Below are positions 45,683 through 54,719 of a stretch of DNA of 64,000 bases, one piece after another. The notes beneath the pieces are model-generated. The model had not been told where the DNA came from, did no database searches, and was given only the letters and a program-made list of their open reading frames with translations. The position numbers and the translations under genes were made by a program. The stretch lies in the sequence record KJ019143.1, one strand, 5' to 3'. The stretch's first letter is position 1, and each line of letters starts with the position of its first letter.

Positions 45683-48600
45683 ATGGCATATTTACTTTCT
45701 AATGGGGGCGTTATTATTAACGACTCCAGAGAAATCGTAAATGCTGGGGTTGTAACTGCTACTGCGTTCTTTGGGGACGGTTCTGGTTTATCTGGAATCG
45801 CAACCATTTCTGATGGGGGAATCTCCATCGGCGACGCAAACATCACTGGAAACTTAAATGTTTCTGGTATTTCTACCGTAGAATTCTTAAACGCTTCTGA
45901 CATTAATGTCGGCGGTGCTTTAACAGTCACAGGTGATCTATCTGTCGGTGGTGATTTATCTTTTGATGAGGTTTCTGGTAGAAACCTAAACATCACTGGT
46001 ATTTCCACACTCGGAACAGTTAAGATTTCAAATGGCATTGTAACCGCCACTAGTGGCGTTGTTACATATTACGGTGATGGTAGCAATCTAACCGGCATTG
46101 ACATCACAGATAGTGATGTAAGACTCAGAAACCTTTCGGTTACTGGTGTCTCTACATTCACAGGTGATGTATCTTTTGGAGCAAACGCTTCTCTAGTAGG
46201 CGACCTAACTTCTGGTCGTAACGCAAACCTTTCAGGTATTGCGACAGTAAATGATATCTATATTGATAACTTACTTTATGATTCCAACAATAATGTTGGA
46301 GCAGCTGGTTCAATTCTTGTAACCGCAGGTGGAAAGTTACAGTGGCTACCGCCCGATCAAGCGGGTATTGCTACAGTATTCCAACCAGGAAATACATTCT
46401 TTGTTTCTAAGAATGGTGATGATAGTAGTGATGGTCTCTCCATGGAGAAATCATTTGCTACCATTTCCTACGCTCTGTCTCAGATTTCATCAGGGACAAA
46501 CAACGTTCTCTTAATCACCGCTGGTGATTATGAAGAAGTATTCCCACTATCAGTTCCCGATGGACTGACTGTTAAGGGTGTTGGACAACGTGCGGTTCTA
46601 GTTAGACCCACTTCAGCTACAGAAACCAACGATGGTTTCCAACTTGGTAACGCATCCACAGTTGAAGATTTGACCATTGGTCAGATGTTTAAACCTCAAG
46701 GTGCTTCCAATAATAACTACGCTTTCACATATAGAAGTGGTGCTACCATTTCATCTCGTGGACCTTATGTTTCTAGAGTTACGGTTCTAAACAAAGGTAG
46801 CGTAACTTCTACCTCTGACCCATTTGGATATGGTTCAGCTGATGCTTATCCAACGACTGCCCCTGGTGGTGCTGGTGTATTGGCTGATGGTAGTGTTCTT
46901 AACTCCGCCTCACTAGAAGCCTCATTCCTACTTAACGAAGTCACCACCTTCACTGCCGGTAACATCGGTATTGATATGGTCAACGGTGCTCGTGTTGAGT
47001 GGTTGAATGGTTTCTCCTACTTCGCATCCGAGGGTGTTAAAGGTAGAGCTGACCAGTCAACTGGTTTGTATGGTGCAGGTAAGACGAGACTAAGAGTTGA
47101 GAACGCCTCTGGTGGTCTAGTCAATGGTAATACCATTGAACTCTATGATATTGATGGCACGACTAGCCTTGCTAGTGGTACTATTGACGGCACCAGTGGT
47201 GCATACACGACCCTGACTACTGGTGGTACTGGTACCTTCGATATTGCAGGAAGTCGTAAGGCGAAAGCTGCCTCATTCGTTGATACAGCCTCTCTATCTA
47301 CAACACAAGCCAAATTCGGGAATGCTTCACTAGATGTAACTGGTCAGTCTACTGATTGTATCAATGTTGATCCAAGCAGTGACTTCGGTTTCGGTACTGG
47401 TGACTTTACAGCTGAATTCTGGTTGTATAGAACATCAGCTACTGCTGGTGCTACTATTCTCGATATGAGAGATGCAGCTGATACTGATTCAGCTCTATCT
47501 ATTAGAGAGAACACTAGTGATGTTATTGAAGTTCTTGTCGGCAACTCTGTTGTTCTAACTTCATCCACAAGTGCTATTGGTAATGCCGCTTGGTATCACA
47601 TTGCTGTTGCCCGTTTGGGTAGCACAATGGAACTATTCATTAATGGTGCCCAGGAAGATTCAGCATCCAATTCATCTGACTTAGGTCTAAGCCAGTCACT
47701 CACCTTTGGTGCTGACTATGCTAACGCCAATGGTACTATTTCGTTCTTAGATGAACTCCGTATCGAGAAGGGTGCTGCTAAGTACACGAATCCGTTTACT
47801 CCTTCCACTGTACCCCTTGAGGGTGACCGTGGTACAGCTATCCTACTCCACTTTGATGGATCAAATGGAGCAACTGAAGCTCCTGATGATATTCAGATAT
47901 TCCAGGATATCCGTATCAGTGGTGGTAACACAGCTGACAGATTATCACTTGCTGACTACAGTCAGTTTGGTGCTGAGTTGCGTTCCTCTGGTTGTGCTGT
48001 TGAGTATGGTAACAAAGGTGTCGTCGGAGACGGTGCTGGTGTTGCTCTAAGACTCATCGGTATTAACTTCAGTTTCGTAGGTGCCCTAGGTGATCTAACT
48101 AACGATCCAAACCTAGCCGTTCAGGCTAATGAAGTTACAGAAACCAACAATGCTGAGGTATCTTTCACCAGTATTGATCAAGGTGGTGACTTCCGTGTTG
48201 GTGAATCCTTCTATGTTAACCAGGAAACTGGTGATGTATCATTCAACAACACAACAACTGATCTAACCTCACTATCTAGTCTAACCATCACTGATGGTAC
48301 TAACAACTCACTTATCACTCCTACCTCTGGTAGATTTGGTAATGTTCAGATCTCTGGACAGCAAGTTGCTTCTGTATCTGGTGACCTAGACCTAGTAACC
48401 GCTGGTGGTGGTGAAGTTAACATCTACGGTAATACTAACGTTGTTGGTATTCTAACCGCACAGGTTGTTGAGATCAACGCTATCCAGAAGGGTGATACTT
48501 CTATCGCTCTAGATGATACCGGTACTGATGGTACTATCCGGTTTAACACCGATGGTTCTGAGGCAGGTAGATTCACTAAGGATAACGACCTTGCAGTAAC

Positions 48601-51553
48601 ACACAACTTCCGCGTTGGTGGAATTGGTACTATTCCAAACTTGGTAAGTACTACTGCAACCATCACAACTCTAAATGTTGAGAACCTTGTCAGTAGTGGT
48701 AGCACTAGTGGCGGTGGCGGAACTGGTATCGGTTCTACCGCTATCAATTCACCTAACCTTAATATTTCTGGTCAGGCAAACTTCAACAACGTCAACGTTT
48801 CTGGTGTTGCCACGGTTCCTGATCTAACTGTAACCAACTCCTTTACTAATACTGGTTATTCAACCATCACTGGTGACGCCGAAGTTGGTGGAAATCTATG
48901 GTTGAAGGGTGACCTCAATGTTATCGGTTCCCAGAATGTTAGCGAGTTCTTCGCTACCAATATGGAGATCTCTGGTATCGCTACCTTCGGTACCGTAAAG
49001 GTCAACAGTAATGTCCATTGTGACGATACTGTATTTGTTGGCGGTGCTGTAACAATCACTGGTCCAATCACAGCAGTGGATATCTTTGCCACTGGTATTG
49101 GAACCATTCCTGTAGCAGATGTTGGACATGCCGATGTTGATTCTATCAATGTCACTGGTATCTCTACTATCTCTCAGGTTGATATCGGTAAGATTACCGT
49201 AGGTGACTTCACTGTAACTGGATTTGCAACTGTCACTGACGGACTTGAAGTTATCGGTCCTGTCTCATTTGGTGGTTCTATCACACAACTACCTCTACCA
49301 ACTGGTCAAGGTGGTGTTTGGTTTGACAACTCTGTTGTGGGTGTCGGCACACTACTCGCCACTAATGCATCAATTAGCGGACTCCTCGGAGTTGGTAATT
49401 CATTGGGTGTTGCTGGTGATGCCTACATCGATGGAAACATCATTGGTTCTGGTGGTACTATCTCTAATTACAACGAGATTATTACACCTCTCCTAACCGC
49501 AACTGATATCGATGCAGCTACACTCGATGTTAGTGGTAACGTAACCATTGATGGAAACGTAGACCTTGGTGACACATCTGCCGACTTCGTTAGAATCAAC
49601 GGTAGAGTAAGTACTTCCTTTATTCCTTCTACTGATAGTGCAACTGACTTAGGTAGCAATGGTCTCAGGTGGAAAGAACTCTTCGTTGATAAACTCACCC
49701 TCACAGATGATGCTGCTATTGGTGGTGATCTATCTGTTGGTGGTAGTGTATCTGCCGATTATGTAGATACTACTGAACTCAATGTCAGTGGTGTTGCAAC
49801 CTTCGCTCAGATTTCAATTGGTGGTGGCGGCGGTGGTATTAGTACCAACGGCGTTATTATTAACAATGTTACTGTTACTGACCAGAGTACTCTTAACAAC
49901 CTCATTGTTTCTGGTGTATCAACCTTCGTTGGTGTTTCTACCTTCAAGGGTGATGTCTATATCGATGGTAACCTAATCATTGATGGTGATAACAGTCAGG
50001 ATCTAATCAGTGGTACTAACCTACTCGTCAGTGGTATTGCTACCATCGGCACACTAGGTGTAACTACAAACTTAACTGTTGGTGGTGATGTACTTGTCAG
50101 TGGTGCTATGACCGCTGGTTCATACAATGGTGATGGTTCTCAGTTAGATAATCTACCTGCAGCATCAATCACAACCTCCATAACACCTACAACTAGGGTG
50201 AATGGTGATACACTACAGACTGGTGATCTATGGTATGACTCTTCTGAGTTACGCCAGTATACTTACTATGATGATGGTGGATCCGTTCAGTGGGTACCTT
50301 CAGCCCCAGAACCTACTATTCCTGATTTTACCTACGCAGGTAACACAGGTATTGGTACTCTATCCTTAGGGGATGATACTTTCTCTGTTGTTGGTGATGG
50401 TACAAACGTAGTCACTACTGCAAGTGGTGTAACTACTACCGTAACCATTTCACTATCCGATAGTGTGGCAATCGCCGGTTCTATGACCGCTGGTAGCTTC
50501 CTTGGTGAGAACCTCAATGTTTCTGGTGTATCAACCTTCGTTGGCGTTACAACCTTCAGAGGTGATGTCTTCATCGAAGGTAACCTAATCATTGATGGTG
50601 ATGAGAGTCAGGATCTAGTCAGTGGTACTAACCTAATTATTACTGGTATTGCTACCATTGGTACATTAGGAGTAACTACTACTACTACCAATACTCTCAC
50701 CGTACTCGATACCTTCACTCTAGATAACCCAGTCAATTCTATCGGAATTAGTTCTGATCTAGGTGGTGCCGGTGCTGCTCACACAGCTCTTGCTTCCCAG
50801 TTAGCAATCAAACAATACATTGATGCTAATAACTCAGATCAAAACCTAAACTTCACTGGTGATACTGGTTCTGGCTCGATTGGTCTTGGTACTGAATTCC
50901 TAGAGGTTCGTGGTACAGCACAACAGGTTACAACCATTGGTGTTGGTAACAGTGTTGTTATTGGACTACCTAACACAGTAAGAGTACCACAGAGACTATA
51001 TGTTGGTGGTGGTGCCTTTACTCAGGTTATGGATGCCAACTCCGCTTCTGGTGTGGTATTTGCCAATAAGATTGTTACGATCAACAAAGGTCTAACCCTC
51101 AGTAGTAGTGACCTAACCGGAGTTCGTAACCTAGTTCAGACTGGTATTGCAACTCTTGGTACAGTTAACTTCTCTGGTGTAACAACCACTGTAGGTAACG
51201 CATTCGTTGGTAATGACTTAAGTGTCTTAGGCACAGTCAACGCTAATGACTTTAACTCTACTTCTGACGCTACTAGAAAAGAAGACGTAGTTGAGATTGA
51301 AGATGCACTCGCTAAGGTCCTAGACCTACGTGGTGTAACATTCAACTGGAAGAATGGTGAAGGATCATCTGCTGGTGTTCTTGCACAAGAAGTTCAGATG
51401 GTTCTACCTGAGATTGTTAAGGGTGATGTAGGCAATATGTCCGTTCAGTATAACGGTATTATAGCACTTCTCGTCCAAGCAGTCAAGGAACTCTCTTCTG
51501 AAGTTGAAGAACTCAAGAGAACCAAGAGTGACAAGAGAAGGAAGAAATCCTGA
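45683..51553 (+). CDS. Long tail fibre paralogue, 1956 aa, with LamG domain and S74 chaperone
   Basis: 'DFTAEFWLYR...WYHIAVAR...FLDELRIEKG'; 'SDATRKEDV...GVLAQEVQ...YNGIIALLVQAVKEL'. Confidence 0.85.
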   Translation: MAYLLSNGGVIINDSREIVNAGVVTATAFFGDGSGLSGIATISDGGISIGDANITGNLNVSGISTVEFLNASDINVGGALTVTGDLSVGGDLSFDEVSGRNLNITGISTLGTVKISNGIVTATSGVVTYYGDGSNLTGIDITDSDVRLRNLSVTGVSTFTGDVSFGANASLVGDLTSGRNANLSGIATVNDIYIDNLLYDSNNNVGAAGSILVTAGGKLQWLPPDQAGIATVFQPGNTFFVSKNGDDSSDGLSMEKSFATISYALSQISSGTNNVLLITAGDYEEVFPLSVPDGLTVKGVGQRAVLVRPTSATETNDGFQLGNASTVEDLTIGQMFKPQGASNNNYAFTYRSGATISSRGPYVSRVTVLNKGSVTSTSDPFGYGSADAYPTTAPGGAGVLADGSVLNSASLEASFLLNEVTTFTAGNIGIDMVNGARVEWLNGFSYFASEGVKGRADQSTGLYGAGKTRLRVENASGGLVNGNTIELYDIDGTTSLASGTIDGTSGAYTTLTTGGTGTFDIAGSRKAKAASFVDTASLSTTQAKFGNASLDVTGQSTDCINVDPSSDFGFGTGDFTAEFWLYRTSATAGATILDMRDAADTDSALSIRENTSDVIEVLVGNSVVLTSSTSAIGNAAWYHIAVARLGSTMELFINGAQEDSASNSSDLGLSQSLTFGADYANANGTISFLDELRIEKGAAKYTNPFTPSTVPLEGDRGTAILLHFDGSNGATEAPDDIQIFQDIRISGGNTADRLSLADYSQFGAELRSSGCAVEYGNKGVVGDGAGVALRLIGINFSFVGALGDLTNDPNLAVQANEVTETNNAEVSFTSIDQGGDFRVGESFYVNQETGDVSFNNTTTDLTSLSSLTITDGTNNSLITPTSGRFGNVQISGQQVASVSGDLDLVTAGGGEVNIYGNTNVVGILTAQVVEINAIQKGDTSIALDDTGTDGTIRFNTDGSEAGRFTKDNDLAVTHNFRVGGIGTIPNLVSTTATITTLNVENLVSSGSTSGGGGTGIGSTAINSPNLNISGQANFNNVNVSGVATVPDLTVTNSFTNTGYSTITGDAEVGGNLWLKGDLNVIGSQNVSEFFATNMEISGIATFGTVKVNSNVHCDDTVFVGGAVTITGPITAVDIFATGIGTIPVADVGHADVDSINVTGISTISQVDIGKITVGDFTVTGFATVTDGLEVIGPVSFGGSITQLPLPTGQGGVWFDNSVVGVGTLLATNASISGLLGVGNSLGVAGDAYIDGNIIGSGGTISNYNEIITPLLTATDIDAATLDVSGNVTIDGNVDLGDTSADFVRINGRVSTSFIPSTDSATDLGSNGLRWKELFVDKLTLTDDAAIGGDLSVGGSVSADYVDTTELNVSGVATFAQISIGGGGGGISTNGVIINNVTVTDQSTLNNLIVSGVSTFVGVSTFKGDVYIDGNLIIDGDNSQDLISGTNLLVSGIATIGTLGVTTNLTVGGDVLVSGAMTAGSYNGDGSQLDNLPAASITTSITPTTRVNGDTLQTGDLWYDSSELRQYTYYDDGGSVQWVPSAPEPTIPDFTYAGNTGIGTLSLGDDTFSVVGDGTNVVTTASGVTTTVTISLSDSVAIAGSMTAGSFLGENLNVSGVSTFVGVTTFRGDVFIEGNLIIDGDESQDLVSGTNLIITGIATIGTLGVTTTTTNTLTVLDTFTLDNPVNSIGISSDLGGAGAAHTALASQLAIKQYIDANNSDQNLNFTGDTGSGSIGLGTEFLEVRGTAQQVTTIGVGNSVVIGLPNTVRVPQRLYVGGGAFTQVMDANSASGVVFANKIVTINKGLTLSSSDLTGVRNLVQTGIATLGTVNFSGVTTTVGNAFVGNDLSVLGTVNANDFNSTSDATRKEDVVEIEDALAKVLDLRGVTFNWKNGEGSSAGVLAQEVQMVLPEIVKGDVGNMSVQYNGIIALLVQAVKELSSEVEELKRTKSDKRRKKS

Positions 51554-51557
51554 TAAC

Positions 51558-51586
51558 TTGCCATACTCCTTCTGATCCTGTATAAT
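51558..51586 (+). promoter_or_regulatory. Sigma70-type promoter embedded in an 11-bp inverted repeat
   Basis: TTGCCA-17 nt-TATAAT; CTTCTGATCCT (51569-79) / AGGATCAGAAG (51597-607). Confidence 0.6.
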
Positions 51587-51621
51587 ACCTTTGTGGAGGA
51601 TCAGAAGTTGGCTCTAAGCTT

Positions 51622-51645
51622 AGACCCCTTATGGGGTCTTTTTTT
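51622..51645 (+). terminator. Intrinsic terminator
   Basis: AGACCCC-TTAT-GGGGTCT plus T run. Confidence 0.85.
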
Positions 51646-51684
51646 ATGCCATAATAAATAGAAGTGATAACTCCATGAAGACAC

Positions 51685-52053
51685 ATGTCTCTTTCAATTA
51701 CTACTGCCACTACTACACATGATGGTGTAGTTACTGATGTACAATGGGCTTATACTACATCTGAAGGTATTATCTCAGGTGGTCACACAATGCAAGGAAC
51801 ACCTGGTAGTGTTACATTAGAAAATGTTAATGAATCTGTTATATCTGGTTGGTTAGAAGAACAGATGGATACCTCACACTTTGATAGACTTTGTTCTGAA
51901 AGAGGTTTCCCAACAGAAGAAGAGAAAGAAGACAGAACCTTCAACTTCTCAGAAACAGGTACAATGGAAGAAGTAGTTGCACCTGAGCCTGAGCCTGAAC
52001 CTGAAGATAATGTTGGTATTGCAACCGATGGTTCATCTGGTATTTCAACTTAG
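51685..52053 (+). CDS. Hypothetical protein, probably fibre-associated
   Basis: Preceded by TAATAAATA; 'VTDVQWAYT...VISGWLEEQM'; PEPEPE tail. Confidence 0.65.
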   Translation: MSLSITTATTTHDGVVTDVQWAYTTSEGIISGGHTMQGTPGSVTLENVNESVISGWLEEQMDTSHFDRLCSERGFPTEEEKEDRTFNFSETGTMEEVVAPEPEPEPEDNVGIATDGSSGIST

Positions 52054-52089
52054 AAACTTTTAATCTTCCAAAAGAACAAAATTATTCTA

Positions 52090-52764
52090 ATGTCTCAAAT
52101 CAATTTCCCAAATATCCCATCAGATGGTGATGAGTTTTTGGCACCCAATGGTACAACTTACCAATATGATTCCGACACAGGTCAGTGGAAGATTCTATTA
52201 GGTCCTGGTGCCGATGGTCCCAAGGGTCCTATAGGTCCTGAAGGTGCTACTGGATCCACAGGTCCCGATGGTCCTACTGGTGCTACTGGAACGGATGCTA
52301 CAAGAATAACTGGTGAGATTATTGCATTTGGTGGAACTACTGTTCCATCTGGTTGGCTTGAATGTAATGGTCAAGCTGCTCCTAGTGCTCTTGCTGCTGT
52401 ATTAGGTATATCTAATGTACCAGACTTACGTGGTGAGTTTATAAGAGGATTTGATAACGGTAGAGGTGTTGATAGTGGCCGTGCCATTCTCACCGCTCAG
52501 GGTGATGAATTTGAGAGTCACACACACATTCAAAATTCCCATAACCATACACAAAATCCACACACTCACCAAGCAAATTACACACCCTTAACCTATGTGG
52601 CGGGGCAACCACAAGCAAATGGATTGGTTACCGCGGTAACAGCTCTAACAAACATTTCCACAAACACAGCAACTAATATTGCAAACACAGCAACCAACCA
52701 AAGCACAGGTGGCACTGAAACCCGTCCACGCAACATATCTCTGATGTACATCATTAAAACCTAA
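52090..52764 (+). CDS. Tail-collar domain protein with short collagen-like segment
   Basis: 'GEIIAF...PSGWLECNGQ...PDLRGEFIRG.D.GRG.D', 'ETRPRNISLMYIIK' and GXY repeats. Confidence 0.88.
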   Translation: MSQINFPNIPSDGDEFLAPNGTTYQYDSDTGQWKILLGPGADGPKGPIGPEGATGSTGPDGPTGATGTDATRITGEIIAFGGTTVPSGWLECNGQAAPSALAAVLGISNVPDLRGEFIRGFDNGRGVDSGRAILTAQGDEFESHTHIQNSHNHTQNPHTHQANYTPLTYVAGQPQANGLVTAVTALTNISTNTATNIANTATNQSTGGTETRPRNISLMYIIKT

Positions 52765-52768
52765 ACCC

Positions 52769-53416
52769 ATGTCTCAAATTAATTTCCCAAATAGCCCATC
52801 CGATGGTGAAGAGTTTCTAGCATCTAATGGAACTACGTATCGATACGATAGTTCTACGGGTCAGTGGAAGATTCTATCAGGTCCTGGTGTTCAGGGACCC
52901 GCTGGTAATACAGGTCCTACTGGATCTATTATTATGTGGGGAACTTCAACACTACCAGAGGGATATATCGAATGTAATGGTCAATCTACTTCTGGATATA
53001 CAGCTTTAGCTGCGTTATATGGTTCCAATGTCCCAGATCTTCGTGGTGAGTTTGTAAGGGGTTGGGATAACGGTAAGGGTACTGATAGTGGTCGGGCTCT
53101 ATTGGGTAGTCAAGGCGAATCGTTTAAAAGCCACACACACACTCAGAATTCACACAATCACAGTCAGAATTCACACAATCACACACAGAATCCCCACAAA
53201 CACACGCAACAACTGGGTGGAACTATTTCATCTGACCTTTTGCAATCCGGGAGCTATCGGATTGGTAACGCAAATTCTGCATCAGTTAGTAATACCACAG
53301 CAACCAATAAATCTACTACAGCAACCAATAACGCAGCCACAGCAACCAACCAAAGCACAGGTGATACTGAAACCCGTCCACGCAACATATCTTTGATGTA
53401 TATTATTAAGACCTAG
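52769..53416 (+). CDS. Tail-collar domain protein (paralogue)
   Basis: Same collar motifs and the same N-terminal 'MSQINFP' module. Confidence 0.88.
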   Translation: MSQINFPNSPSDGEEFLASNGTTYRYDSSTGQWKILSGPGVQGPAGNTGPTGSIIMWGTSTLPEGYIECNGQSTSGYTALAALYGSNVPDLRGEFVRGWDNGKGTDSGRALLGSQGESFKSHTHTQNSHNHSQNSHNHTQNPHKHTQQLGGTISSDLLQSGSYRIGNANSASVSNTTATNKSTTATNNAATATNQSTGDTETRPRNISLMYIIKT

Positions 53417-53452
53417 TGTGATATAATAAATACACTGTAAGAATACTATATT

Positions 53453-53686
53453 ATGTACACCCTATACTCCAAACTAAACTGTTCTCATTGTAAAGCAATT
53501 GAGAATGTATTTGATCTAAAGAACATTCCATACACCAAGAAAACACTAGGTCTAGACTTCACTAAGGTGGAGTTTATGGAACAATTTGGTAGAACTACTT
53601 TCCCCAGAGTAGTCAGTAATGAAGGAGTGGTATTGGGTGGTGCTAGTGAAACTGTTAAAATCCTAAAAGAACAAGGTATCCTTTAA
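53453..53686 (+). CDS. grx: Glutaredoxin
   Basis: 'LYSKLNCSHC' CxxC, 'TTFPRV' cis-Pro motif and 'LGG'. Confidence 0.85.
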   Translation: MYTLYSKLNCSHCKAIENVFDLKNIPYTKKTLGLDFTKVEFMEQFGRTTFPRVVSNEGVVLGGASETVKILKEQGIL

Positions 53687-53898
53687 TGTCTCAAATTAAT
53701 TTTCCAAGTTCACCAGATAATGGTGATGAGTTTTTAGCCGGTAATGGCACAACATATCAATATGACAGTGCAACAGGTCAGTGGAAGATTCTATCAGGTC
53801 CTGGATCTCAAGGTCCTATAGGTCCTGCAGGTCCTCTTGGATCTACAGGTGCTACTGGACCTACCATTGATATTGGTGCCCTACCAGAACTTAGTTGA
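53686..53898 (+). CDS. Mini fibre-like protein: MSQINFP module plus collagen GXY
   Basis: Third copy of the N-terminal module; ends 'IDIGALPELS'. Confidence 0.7.
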   Translation: MSQINFPSSPDNGDEFLAGNGTTYQYDSATGQWKILSGPGSQGPIGPAGPLGSTGATGPTIDIGALPELS

Positions 53899-53932
53899 TA
53901 TGTTATAATGTATCATAGTAACTCTATGATAT

Positions 53933-54691
53933 ATGGCTGCCCCTGTTGTTAAGATTTTGACTCCTGCATATATGGGTCAAGTGACCACACAATATATGCA
54001 TAGTCTTATTGAATTTATACCATATGCTATGAGTAATGGTATAAATGTAACCTTTGAGACAATGCCCAACTGTTCTCTCATCAGTTTGGGTAGGAATGTG
54101 ATGCAGTCTAGAGCACTCAGAGATCCCACATGGACTCATCTAATGTGGATTGATTCTGATATTAGATTTCCAAAGGAAGCTATTATCAGTATGTTATTTG
54201 ATGATAAACCTATTATGGGTGGTTTCTATCCAAAGAAGTCACTACCCATTGACATGGCAAGTTCTCCCATGCCTGGTGGTGAAGAAACTGAGCAACTATT
54301 TGAAACTGATTATGTTGCCACTGGTTTCATGTTAATTAAACGTGAAGTCATTGAGAAGATGCAAGATTCATACCCTGAACGTAAGTTTTTCTATCAGGGT
54401 AGTGACGAATATTATGATCTATATGCACCTTACATCGATGAAGATTCACCTAATAGATTATTTCTCACTGAAGACTACGCCTTCTGTCGTCTAGCACGTA
54501 AGATTGGTTATAAGTCATACATGTCCAAGAGATTTACTCTAGGTCATATTGGTGTCTATGAGTTTAATTGGAATACAGAAAAGAATCTATCACAAGCATA
54601 TATTCAGAAGTATGCACAACCAAAACAAAAACTAGAAAAGGTTGAAGGTGATAGTGAAGATTACAATAAACTAGATGATCTTCCACAATAA
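53933..54691 (+). CDS. GT-A fold glycosyltransferase-like protein
   Basis: 'ILTPAY', 'SLISLGRN', 'HLMWIDSDI' (DxD) and 'LTEDYAFC'. Confidence 0.75.
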   Translation: MAAPVVKILTPAYMGQVTTQYMHSLIEFIPYAMSNGINVTFETMPNCSLISLGRNVMQSRALRDPTWTHLMWIDSDIRFPKEAIISMLFDDKPIMGGFYPKKSLPIDMASSPMPGGEETEQLFETDYVATGFMLIKREVIEKMQDSYPERKFFYQGSDEYYDLYAPYIDEDSPNRLFLTEDYAFCRLARKIGYKSYMSKRFTLGHIGVYEFNWNTEKNLSQAYIQKYAQPKQKLEKVEGDSEDYNKLDDLPQ

Positions 54692-54719
54692 ATACTAACA
54701 CTAGAACTACCACAAACAA

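Noticed and set aside
20195-51345. Dozens of minus-strand and off-frame ORFs (60-274 aa) inside the giant genes
   Set aside because: Shadow frames of repetitive Gly/Thr/Val codons, with no RBS, promoter or motifs. The same applies to antisense ORFs over psbA, talC and others.
38068-51553. Abundant N-x-S/T sequons in fibre shafts as N-glycosylation sites
   Set aside because: They coincide with the structural beta-repeat consensus, and no oligosaccharyltransferase is visible.
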